64,000 nt of DNA from Candidatus Saccharimonadota bacterium (GTDB lineage: Bacteria; Patescibacteriota; Saccharimonadia; Saccharimonadales; UBA10212), in contig JACPKF010000001.1 of the NCBI GenBank assembly GCA_016187125.1, positions 302,178 to 366,177 on the forward strand, read 5' to 3'. Positions 16,352 through 25,226 of the stretch are shown in pieces. Each line of letters opens with the position of its first letter. The first letter of the stretch is position 1. The notes beneath the pieces are model-generated. The model did no database searches and was not told the origin of the DNA. It saw only the letters and a list, made by a program, of their open reading frames with translations. The translations under genes and the position numbers were made by a program.

Positions 16352-17653
16352 TTACTTATCCAAAAGCGCCTCTATACCTGGAAGCTTTTTACCAGCCATG
16401 AGGTCCAGACTGGCGCTTCCCCCGGTTGACACATGATTAAAATCGTCTAGCCAGCCCTCCGAGGATATATATCTGACGCTGTCACCGCCGCCAACCACAC
16501 TAAAAGGCTTGTTTTTATGACTATTACTCTGCCCAATCATGGCTTCGGCCACAGTTTTTGAACCATGAGCAAAGGGGTCTGCCCCGCCGGCAATACCTTT
16601 AGTTTCGGTAACGCCGCAAGTACCGGCCCAAACGACTGTGCGAGCAATTTTAATAGCGCCAACGATCTCGGCAGCACTAATCGGACCAATGTCCAAAATT
16701 AGTTCATCGGCTCGGACGCTGTAAGAATCCGGTTTGGGCAGTTTTGGATAAGCCTCGATGTCAGCTAAGCTATGACTGGCAATATCAACGATGCGGGTCG
16801 GGCTCCGCCCGTCGAGGCTTTTAGAAACTACGACGTCAACTGGTACCAAAAAATTAAACGGCCTTTTTTGTTCTTCAGCCTGAGCCCGGTGCCAAATCTC
16901 GCTAGCCTCGGCACCGGCATCCGGATCAATCAGACTTTTACCAATTCTAACTCCTTGACCGGCCAAAAAATTATTAGCCAAAGCTCCCGTAACCGCCACG
17001 CAATCGGCCAGCTCAATAAATTTATTCAGCACATCTATTTTGTCGCTGATTTTAGCGCCGCCGACTACCGCCACCAAAGGACGAGCCGGCTTATTCATGA
17101 CTCCGACAATAGTCTCAACTTCTTTTTCCAGTAGTAAGCCACCGACCGAGGGCAGAATTTTAGTAATGGCCTGGGTTGAAGCATGGGCCCGATGGACTAC
17201 ACCAAAACCGTCCTGCACAAAAATTTCAGCGCTCGTAGCGGCTACGATGGCTTTGGCAAAATCCGGGTCGTTGGTTTCCTCGCCGGCGCGAAAACGCAGA
17301 TTTTCTAATAGCAATATTCCGTCGCTACTTAGTTTTGCGACGAGTTCTTTAACAGCATCACCTGTGCACTGGGGCGCAAAGCCAACAGGGCGTCCTAGCA
17401 GTTGCGCCAAACGTTTAGCCACCGGGGACAGGCTAAGCGCTTTATCGGGTTTGCCTTTTGGCCGTCCTAGGTGCGCAATAATTATCAGGCTGGCTGGACC
17501 ATTTTTTAAGATGTACTCAATAGTCGGCAAAGACTGGCGGATCCGGTAGTCATCGGCTATCTTGCCATCTACTAGTGGCACGTTATAGTCAGTCCGCAGC
17601 AGCACTCGCTTGCCGGATAAATTGATATCTTTGACAGTTTTAAACATCCCCAC
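16352..17653 (-). CDS. pgk: phosphoglycerate kinase
   Basis: 433 aa: KRVLLRTDYNVPL, IIAHLGRPKG, VVGGAKISDKI, STGGGASL-like STGGSASLD. Confidence 0.92.
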   Translation of the reverse strand: MGMFKTVKDINLSGKRVLLRTDYNVPLVDGKIADDYRIRQSLPTIEYILKNGPASLIIIAHLGRPKGKPDKALSLSPVAKRLAQLLGRPVGFAPQCTGDAVKELVAKLSSDGILLLENLRFRAGEETNDPDFAKAIVAATSAEIFVQDGFGVVHRAHASTQAITKILPSVGGLLLEKEVETIVGVMNKPARPLVAVVGGAKISDKIDVLNKFIELADCVAVTGALANNFLAGQGVRIGKSLIDPDAGAEASEIWHRAQAEEQKRPFNFLVPVDVVVSKSLDGRSPTRIVDIASHSLADIEAYPKLPKPDSYSVRADELILDIGPISAAEIVGAIKIARTVVWAGTCGVTETKGIAGGADPFAHGSKTVAEAMIGQSNSHKNKPFSVVGGGDSVRYISSEGWLDDFNHVSTGGSASLDLMAGKKLPGIEALLDK

Positions 17654-17815
17654 CCTCAGGCATTACTTGGTAGTAGTTCTCATTACTGTTTAGTTTATCA
17701 TCGCCGCTTCCTCAAAAAAACTTGGGTTTAACCAAAGAGCAGAAATGCCCTTTTGCTCCAAGGCGCTTGTCGTTATACTATCAATGTATTAAATGTATTA
17801 AAGAAAGGAGAAATT

Positions 17816-18040
17816 ATGGACGGACAAGACGACAAGCCAATGGGCCCGCCAGCACCGGCACCAATGCCTGGTGGCGACAACCCACCGACAACTCCACCGG
17901 CACCAATGCCTGGTGGTGGAGATCAGGGTGACGACACGGGCGGTATGCCTGGAATGCCCCCCAAAGAAGATGGCGGCATGGGCGAAACACCTCCCCCCAG
18001 CGGCAACGAGCCGCCAATGCAGCCACCCACCTCAATGTAA
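17816..18040 (+). CDS. small acidic Pro/Gly-rich protein (74 aa)
   Basis: AAAGGAG lies 6 nt before the ATG at 17816. Translation: MDGQDDKPMGPPAPAPMPGGDNPP...; low complexity. Three overlapping track ORFs in other frames were rejected. Confidence 0.5.
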   Translation: MDGQDDKPMGPPAPAPMPGGDNPPTTPPAPMPGGGDQGDDTGGMPGMPPKEDGGMGETPPPSGNEPPMQPPTSM

Positions 18041-18432
18041 AACTCCGCGGGCTTGCCAACCAGGGCTTTTGAAATCCATGGTGATCCCTGGCAGAATTCG
18101 ACCCACGCGTCAAAAACCTTGGGTTTTTGCGTTCGGGCCCGGCTTACGGTTTACTTAGTTTATGGAGCCCCCACGGCTGAAAGCCGTGGCACCTCCAATT
18201 ACCCTCCTTCGTCCGCCGGCTGGCGGACTACGGAAGGTTATCCGCCAGCCCTCAACCAGTTGATAGACTTTCCTTAGCGACATCCGCTCAAAGCCTAAGA
18301 CCGCGCATTCAACCACGGCTAAAGCCGTGGTCCTCTGCGAAGGCGGATAAACATCGCTCCGGCTGTTCGATACCCTTAGTAGCTACTAGCGAATTCAAAA
18401 AGCCCACCTCAACGGTGAACTTATCGAATGTG
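18041..18432. repeat. GC-rich cluster of palindromic units (BIME-like)
   Basis: Contains ACGCGTCAAAAACC/GGTTTTTGCGT, CCACGGCTGAAAGCCGTGG (18171-18189), TCCGCCGGCTGGCGGA (18212-18227) and CCACGGCTAAAGCCGTGG (18313-18330). Confidence 0.75.
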
Positions 18433-18508
18433 TGGTGACCCCAAGGGGAATCGAACCCCTGTTGCCAGGATGAAAACCTGGTGTCCTAGGCCACTAGACG
18501 ATGGGGCC
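18433..18508 (-). tRNA. tRNA-Glu (anticodon TTC), CCA encoded
   Basis: The reverse complement is GGCCCCATCGTCTAGTGGCCTAGGACACCAGGTTTTCATCCTGGCAACAGGGGTTCGATTCCCCTTGGGGTCACCA. The anticodon loop is TTTTCAT. Confidence 0.9.
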
Positions 18509-18551
18509 GTCTTGCGACTATTTTATCCTATCATAAGGAGTTGACACCTGT

Positions 18552-18578
18552 CTGCTACAAGGATTATCCTTGTAGCAG
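18552..18578. repeat. REP family F1 palindrome, left flank of RAYT-1
   Basis: CTGCTACAAGGATTATCCTTGTAGCAG ends on the base before the ATG at 18579. Confidence 0.9.
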
Positions 18579-19208
18579 ATGCCGCTAAAAAATGTCGTTA
18601 AGGAGTTTGTGGCTGAAAGCTACTACCATGTTTACAATCGTGGTGTCTATAAACAGAATATTTTTACCCAGGAAAGAGACTATACTGCCTTTTTAAGTCT
18701 TCCTAAACGACATCTATCTAGAGAACCAGCTCAAGATCACACTAGGCGACCACTCCCTCATTTACGTAATGATGTGGAATTATTAGCATATTGCCTAATG
18801 CCAAGCCACTTTCATCTCCTTATATACAACAAAAAAGAGTCTGGTCTGACCGACCTGATGAGAAGCATGATGACAGCCTATAGCAGATACTTTAACAAAA
18901 CCCATAAACGAAAAGGCGCCCTGTTTGAGTCGTCATATAAGGCTAGCTTGATTGATAATGAAGCTTACCTATGGCATATCAGCCGTTATATTCACCTTAA
19001 TCCTCAAGACCTAGGCTCCAAATATATTTCTTACCCCTACTCTAGTTATGCTTATTACATGGGTAATAAAAAAGCCGAATGGATTAACCCAGAAAGAATA
19101 TTAAAGATGCATGGCGACGAATTGAGTGATTATGCGAGTTTTGTAAAGGATTACGAATCAATGCGCGCTGAGCTCCAGCAACTTAAACTTTATCTAGCAG
19201 ACCACTAG
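18579..19208 (+). mobile_element. IS200/RAYT-type HUH-Y1 transposase-like protein (RAYT-1)
   Basis: 209 aa: YYHVYNRGVYKQNIF..RDY..FL, LAYCLMPSHFHLLIY (HUH), FESSYKASLID, SRYIHLNPQDLG (Tyr region). Flanked on both sides by the F1 palindrome. Confidence 0.8.
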
Positions 19209-19251
19209 TTGCTACAAGGATTATCCTTGTAGCAATTGTAGCAACTAGTGG
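19202..19251. repeat. REP family F1 palindrome, right flank of RAYT-1 (nested hairpins)
   Basis: GCTACAAGGATTATCCTTGTAGC at 19211-19233 sits within CCACTAGTTGCTACA ... TGTAGCAACTAGTGG. Confidence 0.9.
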
Positions 19252-19270
19252 TCTCGCTTCCTTGAGCAAC

Positions 19271-19305
19271 AAAAATCCCCCGTTATAGACCCGCGGGGGA
19301 TTTTT
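19271..19305. terminator. bidirectional rho-independent terminator-like hairpin
   Basis: AAAAATCCCCCG-ttatagacc-CGCGGGGGATTTTTG, with A/T runs on both sides. Confidence 0.7.
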
Positions 19306-19397
19306 GTTTATCAAGTTTTGTTTTTCCCATCCCAAGCCCCAAAGATACCTTGGCGGATGAAGAAAGAGAGCGGTCAGTCACGACTTGTCCCGTCGGA

Positions 19398-19444
19398 TTT
19401 CCGCTTCCGAGCAGTCTGTAATCAGATTGCGAGGAAGAGCGAAA
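19398..19444. repeat. structured repeat family F5 (copy 2, short form)
   Basis: TTTCCGCTTCCGAGCAGTCTGTAATCAGATTGCGAGGAAGAGCGAAA, with inner motif GCAGTCTGTAATCAGATTGC. Confidence 0.6.
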
Positions 19445-19630
19445 CCCTGTGGGATTACTCTATTGATCCTATCTGTTAGGCTAGCACAGTTTGGCTAATT
19501 CCGCAAGCCCAGTAATAGACTTTCGCGCATTCACCTCTAGTGAACTATATCCACAAAGTGGATAATCGCGAAAGCTCACTCCTGGGCAAGTGCTTATCCA
19601 TGGATTGGTCCGCTAAAAACAGCAGCTAGT

Positions 19631-20794
19631 TTAGCTGCGTCGGCGAGTCACAAAGTAGTGACTCACGCCGGCAAAGGTGCTTACCCCGGCGAACAAAGCA
19701 GCAAGGCTGCCAGTACCCGTGTTAGGCAAAGTTTTGCCTACTTGGGGAGTGGTAGGAGGATAGCTAGGAGGACTAGGAGGATAAGTGGGAGGAGTCGTTG
19801 GGGGAGCAGGCTTGGCAGGAGGCGGAGTTACAGGAGGTGTTGAAGGAGGTGGGGGCGGCGTGGCAAAGCTTACTTGATTTGAACAATAGTCGTATTGGAC
19901 AGCACCACCGACATTGAAGGCCAAAGTGGACCAAATGGTATATGTACCATCCTGTGTGTAAGTGTGGCTGGCCGAAGGGCTGCTGGTAAGCAGTGGGGTG
20001 CTGCCATCTCCCCAGTCAAAAGTGACGCTATTTAAAACTGCACCGCCAGTAGCTGTATAGTCTACGCTAGCGTTAACCTTACGATTTGGCAGAACTGCCA
20101 CGTTCAGCAAGTTACAAGAGTAAGCTGGTATAACTTGAGGCTGCACGTGTACTCGAACGCGGAGGGCTACCCAGCCGCTAAATTCTGCGCAACCGGGTAC
20201 GTCACCATTAACTGCATTGTAGCCAATTTGGGCGCCGCTGCCGGTAACAATACTGTCACTAAGCTGCACGTCATTAAGTGCGTTGGTTCGAAGTATGGCT
20301 GTGCCAGGCTCGTATTCAAGCGAAAATGGCTGGGAGCCGGTAAAGCCAACCGTATCAGTAACAGTGCCAGGGTTAGCATTATCAGCCGAAATAGAGGCAA
20401 TGCTCATTAGACTTGTAGCGGTATTTTGTGGCAGATTAATTTTAACTCTAGTGTTATGAGCAACTAGGCCAAGATTGGCCCCGGCATTATTGTGGAAGTA
20501 AATCCTAAGAACTAATTCTTGGTTATTGCTCACCGAGATGCTGTCAGCGTAAGTGCTAGTGCTAGCGGCGGCATCTCGAACCGTGTAAAACGCTCTTTCG
20601 TCACCGACAACTGGGTTATCGGTAATTGAGTTAAAGGTTATATAAGACGCCGGATTTTGCCAAGTAAAAGTTGTACGGTCTGGGGTCCAGCCGGCCAATA
20701 CTGATTTGCCGGTTAAGACAAAAACCAGCGTAGCAACCACCAACAAAGCACTAAGACTGCCGCGCTTGCTCTTTAAAGTTTTAAGTATATTCAT
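19631..20794 (-). CDS. LPXTG-anchored surface protein with PKD-like domain
   Basis: 387 aa. Signal peptide; FDWGDGS...HTYTQDGTYTI (PKD-like); Pro-rich stalk; C-terminal LPNTG followed by a hydrophobic segment and RRRS. Confidence 0.8.
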   Translation of the reverse strand: MNILKTLKSKRGSLSALLVVATLVFVLTGKSVLAGWTPDRTTFTWQNPASYITFNSITDNPVVGDERAFYTVRDAAASTSTYADSISVSNNQELVLRIYFHNNAGANLGLVAHNTRVKINLPQNTATSLMSIASISADNANPGTVTDTVGFTGSQPFSLEYEPGTAILRTNALNDVQLSDSIVTGSGAQIGYNAVNGDVPGCAEFSGWVALRVRVHVQPQVIPAYSCNLLNVAVLPNRKVNASVDYTATGGAVLNSVTFDWGDGSTPLLTSSPSASHTYTQDGTYTIWSTLAFNVGGAVQYDYCSNQVSFATPPPPPSTPPVTPPPAKPAPPTTPPTYPPSPPSYPPTTPQVGKTLPNTGTGSLAALFAGVSTFAGVSHYFVTRRRS

Positions 20795-20820
20795 ATTATT
20801 ATCCTTTATTCAATTTATTC

Positions 20821-22722
20821 TTATGGTGAGGGCGGGATTTGACTAGGGGGTTGCTTTGGAGCTGGTTGTTCAGGTGCAGGGGCTGGGGCTGGGGCTGGTG
20901 CGGGTGCGGGTGCGGGTGCGGGAGTTTGGGGAGTTTGGGGAGTCTGAGGAGTTTGGGGAGTTTGGGGAGTCTGAGGAGTTTGGGGAGTTTGGGGAGTCTG
21001 AGGAGTTTGGGGAGTCTGAGGAGTTTGGGGAGTTTGGGGAGTTTGGGGAGTCTGAGGAGTTTGGGGAGTTTGGGGAGTCTGAGATGGGGCGGGAGCAAGT
21101 TGAGTAGGGGTCTCTGCAGGAGGAGCAGGTTTAGCGGCCGCCTCGCCAACTTGGAATTTTGCTACACATTCAGCCAGTCCTTCCACAGGTACAACGGATC
21201 CGTCATGGAGCCTAAATACGGCTCTGCCGTCATTGATAGCGTTAGCATATTTATGGCTGATGCCTTGCAATTGCAATTTTCCAGCCTCGGTTGAAGGATC
21301 AATCCTGACCGACTGACCATCACCAAAGTCAAGAATGATTTCCGGTTTTTTGACATTATTGAACTCGTTAGTTCTGAGGCTGAATGTGATTTCTTTTTGT
21401 CCGGTCGCAGCTGCTTCCGCAGCAGTACACTTGGCTGTCGCAGCAGGACTCGGGGTAGGCCCTGGTTTGGGAGTAGGTGCCGGTTTAGGTTTCGGTTGCG
21501 GCTTGGGTTTGGGAGTAGGTGCCGGTTTAGGTGGCTTAACCTCTTTTTCAACGTTTTTGAGTTCTACTGTAAGATCAACAGTTTTTGGATTAGAGTCGCC
21601 GTGTATGTTCAGATACACTAAGTGGGGATTTTTCTCATCGTAGTCCGGCAAATCAGTTTCATCAATAACTAATCTTGAGCCGTCTGGACAAGATGGACCT
21701 CTCTGAGGGTTTCTGAGTATTTTAACTAGCTTGTCTAAGATAAGTACGCCGTTTCTATAGCATCTTTCACGTGCTGAAAATACACCACTAGGCGCTGGTA
21801 TTGGAAACTCACGAGTAGTCACCAATGTTTTGTGAAATTCAGGAGTAACAGGAGCGGGCACCTTGGCGGCTGGACCTTGTGGACCGGGTTTGCCCTGTTT
21901 ACCCTGTGGGCCAGTTTTGCCAGCTGGACCCTGTGGGCCAGGTTTGCCAGCTGGACCTTGTGGACCGGGTTTGCCCTGTTTACCCTGTGGGCCAGTTTTG
22001 CCAGCTGGACCCTGTGGGCCAGGTTTGCCTGAAGGGCCAGGTTTGCCTGGAGGACCCTGTGGGCCAGATTTGCCGGGTGCAGAAGGGGTTTGTGTTTTTT
22101 TGACAGGAACGTAGACCCATACAGGGACTTCTTTGCCTGTCCGTGGATTTGAACTCTCATCACTAGCACCCTCGCCGACAATTCTTTCAACTCTTTTGGA
22201 GCCTTCACGAGGGGTAAGAGAAAAACCTTCAGGAAACTCTCCTTTCAAGGAATCGATTCTAACCCATTCTGTAGAACCATCTGGCAGAGTTTTGTTACCA
22301 ACCGGTACAATCTTGCCATCCTTACAGCCTGTGTTTTGAACTACGGCACCACCAGCAAGGGTAGCCCGGCCGAAATGATTTTTTACATATCCTAGTACAG
22401 ACTCATCAACGGTTGGAATTTTATAGAATCTCACGACATCATCTAAAATACCTTTTTGCCGCCAGTGATTAACTAAAATTTCTGCCGTCGGTGCAAAGCC
22501 GCCGCAACGATCAGCCAAGAGACTAGGCGTAGCTTCTTTCAAAGGAGCGGCTTCAGCATTGCCGCTAAATTTGCCAACACCTGCTATAGTAGCAACGGCT
22601 GCTAGCCCACTAGCCATAAACATCGCTAGCTTACCTCTGCGGTCGGGAGTGGCTGTCGGTTCAGTCTCAAAAGCAGGAACCAGAGTTAAGACTGGTGCAG
22701 CTTCCATAGTAGGATGATTCAC
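20821..22722 (-). CDS. secreted collagen-like / TPQ-repeat surface protein
   Basis: 633 aa with a GTG start 10 nt after AGAGGA. It has 23 uninterrupted G-X-Y triplets, PKPxP tracts, DFGDGQS (PKD-like), 18 TPQ repeats and a (PA)n tract. Confidence 0.8.
   Translation of the reverse strand: MNHPTMEAAPVLTLVPAFETEPTATPDRRGKLAMFMASGLAAVATIAGVGKFSGNAEAAPLKEATPSLLADRCGGFAPTAEILVNHWRQKGILDDVVRFYKIPTVDESVLGYVKNHFGRATLAGGAVVQNTGCKDGKIVPVGNKTLPDGSTEWVRIDSLKGEFPEGFSLTPREGSKRVERIVGEGASDESSNPRTGKEVPVWVYVPVKKTQTPSAPGKSGPQGPPGKPGPSGKPGPQGPAGKTGPQGKQGKPGPQGPAGKPGPQGPAGKTGPQGKQGKPGPQGPAAKVPAPVTPEFHKTLVTTREFPIPAPSGVFSARERCYRNGVLILDKLVKILRNPQRGPSCPDGSRLVIDETDLPDYDEKNPHLVYLNIHGDSNPKTVDLTVELKNVEKEVKPPKPAPTPKPKPQPKPKPAPTPKPGPTPSPAATAKCTAAEAAATGQKEITFSLRTNEFNNVKKPEIILDFGDGQSVRIDPSTEAGKLQLQGISHKYANAINDGRAVFRLHDGSVVPVEGLAECVAKFQVGEAAAKPAPPAETPTQLAPAPSQTPQTPQTPQTPQTPQTPQTPQTPQTPQTPQTPQTPQTPQTPQTPQTPQTPQTPAPAPAPAPAPAPAPAPEQPAPKQPPSQIPPSP
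20923..21084. repeat. 18 tandem 9-bp repeats (AGTTTGGGG / AGTCTGAGG) encoding (TPQ)18
   Basis: Counted directly. The two unit variants are interspersed. Hexamer repeats GGGGCT/GGTGCG (about 20877-20922) lie adjacent. Confidence 0.95.
21868..22074. repeat. collagen-like G-X-Y coding repeat (23 triplets)
   Basis: [69 protein letters not shown]. It contains an internal duplication of about 63 nt. Confidence 0.9.
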
Positions 22723-23008
22723 TTTAATAATTTCCTCTTATTAATCTTGCCTATTTCTCCACCCTGCGCTTTTCCCAAGCGAGGATTACTCACACCTTAA
22801 CACTAAGGTTAGAGTTTGTCAACGATTATATAACCTTTTTTGCTAAGCACAAGCATTTTACCCTCAAAATCCCCCTAAAAATGTTAGTTATTTCACAACA
22901 TTTTATAAAATTATCAAAGCCGTCATGACGCCTGACCAGCTAGCCGATTTGCTAAGAACTCAGCTGAAAACAATAGCAGTTGCGCGGTTTCTATCAAATA
23001 CAGCCATT

Positions 23009-23056
23009 TGTGATAGCTTGTGATAGGTTGAACCTATCACAAGACCTATCACAAAT
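23009..23056. repeat. REP family F2 palindrome, flank of RAYT-2 (stop side)
   Basis: TGTGATAGCTTGTGATAGGTTGAACCTATCACAAGACCTATCACA, with the core at 23020-23040. It overlaps the RAYT-2 stop codon. Confidence 0.9.
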
Positions 23057-23669
23057 CATTAGCTAACTGATGCTTAAGCACAGCCAGTTCAGCTTTTGTC
23101 TCAACATAATCATCTAAGAATTGTTGATATTCCAAGGAGTTATTACTAAATAAGCTCAGAATAGGCTCTGGATTTACCCACGTAGTTTTTTTAATGCCCA
23201 TGTAAACCGGATAGCTTGAATATGGCCAGTGTTTGTAATCATTAGGATTGAGATGTATGTAGCGTGATATATGATGCAGATAAGCATCTGCGTCAATCCG
23301 AGAAGCTCTGTACACACCTTGAAAGAGACCGCCCACTCTTTGGTATCGGTTGTTGAAATACATAACGTAACCTGTATTAACACGTCGCATTAGTTCTATA
23401 ATGGCCGACTCTGATGACTGATAAAAAAGCAGGTGTAGGTGGTTGGGCATCAGACAATATGCCAGCAGCTTAAGCTCGCTTTGAAAATTCTTAAAAATAT
23501 GTCTGTTTTGTTTGTTAGTAGATTCCCCTGATAAGTATTTCTTCAGGAGCCCCAGAAAAATAATGTAGTCCTGCTCGTCAGTAAAAATTACCCGCTTTTC
23601 TATACCTCGATTGTAAACATGGTAATAACTATCCGGCGCAAACTCTCTAACAACATTTCTACTTGGCAT
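23049..23669 (-). mobile_element. IS200/RAYT-type HUH-Y1 transposase-like protein (RAYT-2)
   Basis: The start is taken at MPSRNVV (ATG 23669); the track GTG start lies inside the palindrome. Motifs: YYHVYNRGIEKRVIF, LAYCLMPNHLHLLFY (HUH), SRYIHLNPNDYK. Confidence 0.8.
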
Positions 23670-23690
23670 GTGATAGGTTAAACCTATCAC
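23670..23690. repeat. REP family F2 palindrome, flank of RAYT-2 (start side)
   Basis: GTGATAGGTTAAACCTATCAC lies immediately adjacent to the ATG at 23669. Confidence 0.9.
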
Positions 23691-23729
23691 AAAATAGGCT
23701 GGCTGTCATTTATGAGTTAGAGCAATTTT

Positions 23730-23767
23730 CCATGTGATAGATGTGATAGGTTTAACCTATCACATGG
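23730..23767. repeat. REP family F2 palindrome (second start-side copy)
   Basis: CCATGTGATAGATGTGATAGGTTTAACCTATCACATGG, with the core at 23743-23763. Confidence 0.9.
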
Positions 23768-23789
23768 AAATGTCGGTTATTATTAGGAG

Positions 23790-25148
23790 ATGAAGATTGG
23801 AATTGTTGGCTGGGGCGTGGAGGGGCAAAGTGCCTACCGCTATTTTGGTCCCGAGCACCAGTACTTGATTGTCAACGAACATCCCCGGGATGATTTTCCA
23901 CCAGAGTCTGATAAGTTACAAATTAAGTTTCTAACAGAGGAGCGGCCGCCAGGTGTTACCAGTAATGTCACTGACCTATCTTATCTGGAAGGCATCGATA
24001 AGTGCGACAAAATTATTTACTCTGTTACCTCTGTTAAAAACCTCGAGCGGCGTTTTGGCGAAGACAAGAAATTTTGGCAAAAAGCCACCACTAGTCAACA
24101 CATCTTTTTTGAAGAGGTAAAGACTAAAAACATTATCGGCGTGACTGGCACTAAAGGCAAAGGCACGACTGCCACACTGATTTACCAGATGCTGAAAGCC
24201 AGTGGCTTAAAAGTATTCTTGGGTGGCAACATCGGCACCAGCATCCTAGATTTTGTGAACGATGTTAAGCCGAACGATTGGGTAGTGCTGGAGTTATCTA
24301 ATTTTCAGCTCTATAACTTTCCTTACAGCCCGCACATCGGCGTTTGTCTGATGATTACCGACGAACACCAAGACTGGCACACCAGTGTAGACGAGTATAT
24401 AAAAACTAAAATTAACCTCTTTTCGCACCAGTCTAAAGACGATATCGCCATCTATTTTGCCGATGGTGAGCTGTCAAAACAGATCGCTGGCACCTCGCCG
24501 GGGATAAAAATTCCCTACTTTGCCAAGCCCGGCGCAGTCGTTAAAGACGAGGGGGTTATTGTGGTTGGCGACCCAGAGACTGAGGTTATAAAAACTGATC
24601 AACTAAAACTGATTGGGCGGCACAATCTGGAAAATATTTGCGCTGCCGTAACAACCGTTTGGCAAGTTGTCCAAGACAAAGAAGCTATTCAAAAAGTCTT
24701 AAGCACTTTTACCGGCCTAGAGCACCGCTTAGAGTTTATTCGTGAACTTGGCAATGTCAAATATTATGATGACTCGTTTGGCACCACGCCTCAGACAGCC
24801 ATTACTGCCATGAAGGCTTTTACGCAGCCAAAAGTTATGATTTTGGGTGGTATTGATAAGGGGCTTAGCTTTGACTCTCTTGCCAACGAAGTTGTAAAAA
24901 ATAGAGTCCGTCATGCCATATTAATTGGCCATGTTGCCCCTAAGATTGCGACTTTGCTCAGGGATAACAACTTCAGCCAAATTACGACTGGGCTAAAAAA
25001 TATGGATGAGATAGTAAAAACAGCTCGTGAAGTAGCCGAACCCGGTGACGTAGTACTTCTGTCTCCAGCGTCGTCCAGTTTTGATATGTTCAAAGATTAT
25101 AAGCAAAGAGGCGAAAAATTTAAGGCCGCCGTGCGAGCCCTAGCTTAA
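23790..25148 (+). CDS. murD: UDP-N-acetylmuramoylalanine--D-glutamate ligase
   Basis: 452 aa: IGVTGTKGKGTT P-loop, Mur ligase middle and C-terminal features (HRLEF, DSFGTTP-like, SPASSSFDMF). Confidence 0.88.
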   Translation: MKIGIVGWGVEGQSAYRYFGPEHQYLIVNEHPRDDFPPESDKLQIKFLTEERPPGVTSNVTDLSYLEGIDKCDKIIYSVTSVKNLERRFGEDKKFWQKATTSQHIFFEEVKTKNIIGVTGTKGKGTTATLIYQMLKASGLKVFLGGNIGTSILDFVNDVKPNDWVVLELSNFQLYNFPYSPHIGVCLMITDEHQDWHTSVDEYIKTKINLFSHQSKDDIAIYFADGELSKQIAGTSPGIKIPYFAKPGAVVKDEGVIVVGDPETEVIKTDQLKLIGRHNLENICAAVTTVWQVVQDKEAIQKVLSTFTGLEHRLEFIRELGNVKYYDDSFGTTPQTAITAMKAFTQPKVMILGGIDKGLSFDSLANEVVKNRVRHAILIGHVAPKIATLLRDNNFSQITTGLKNMDEIVKTAREVAEPGDVVLLSPASSSFDMFKDYKQRGEKFKAAVRALA

Positions 25149-25170
25149 ATAGTGGATTGTAAACTTTGAT

Positions 25171-25206
25171 ACCCCACTTTTGGTCCGATCGGACCAAAAG
25201 TGGGGT
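25171..25206. terminator. 36-nt perfect palindrome between convergent murD and murI (bidirectional terminator-like)
   Basis: ACCCCACTTTTGGTCCGATCGGACCAAAAGTGGGGT. Confidence 0.75.
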
Positions 25207-25226
25207 AGTTTGATTGCTATCTTAAA

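Noticed and set aside
16772-17549. Long antisense ORFs inside pgk (16772..17134 and 17040..17549). The same pattern occurs inside pcrA, glyA, murA, merA and rny.
   Set aside because: They lie opposite to conserved enzymes with clear motifs. Their translations are low-complexity or Ala/Ser/Arg-rich, as is typical for antisense frames.
17722-18277. Four overlapping ORFs (17722..17931, 17814..18113 minus, 17871..18158, 18053..18277)
   Set aside because: This is a GC-rich low-complexity region where all frames are open. Only the frame starting at ATG 17816 has a good RBS. The others overlap palindromic repeat units.
19306-19630. SRP RNA, 6S RNA or RNase P RNA in the 420-nt gap after RAYT-1
   Set aside because: The conserved motifs were not found. 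I looked for the SRP domain IV GGAAGCAGCC context and for the RNase P GAGGAAAGTCCGGGC and ACAGAA cores. Part of the region is an F5 repeat copy.
20877-21084. Possible CRISPR array because of regular short repeats
   Set aside because: The units are contiguous 6- and 9-bp tandem repeats with no unique spacers, and they lie inside a coding frame. No cas genes are present in the window.
20799-22208. Multiple overlapping ORFs on both strands (e.g. 20799..21149, 20839..21294, 20856..21107, 21819..22208, 21863..22114)
   Set aside because: They are alternative frames of the tandem TPQ, PA and collagen-like repeats. Repeats keep all frames open. Only the 633-aa frame has a signal peptide and non-repeat domains.
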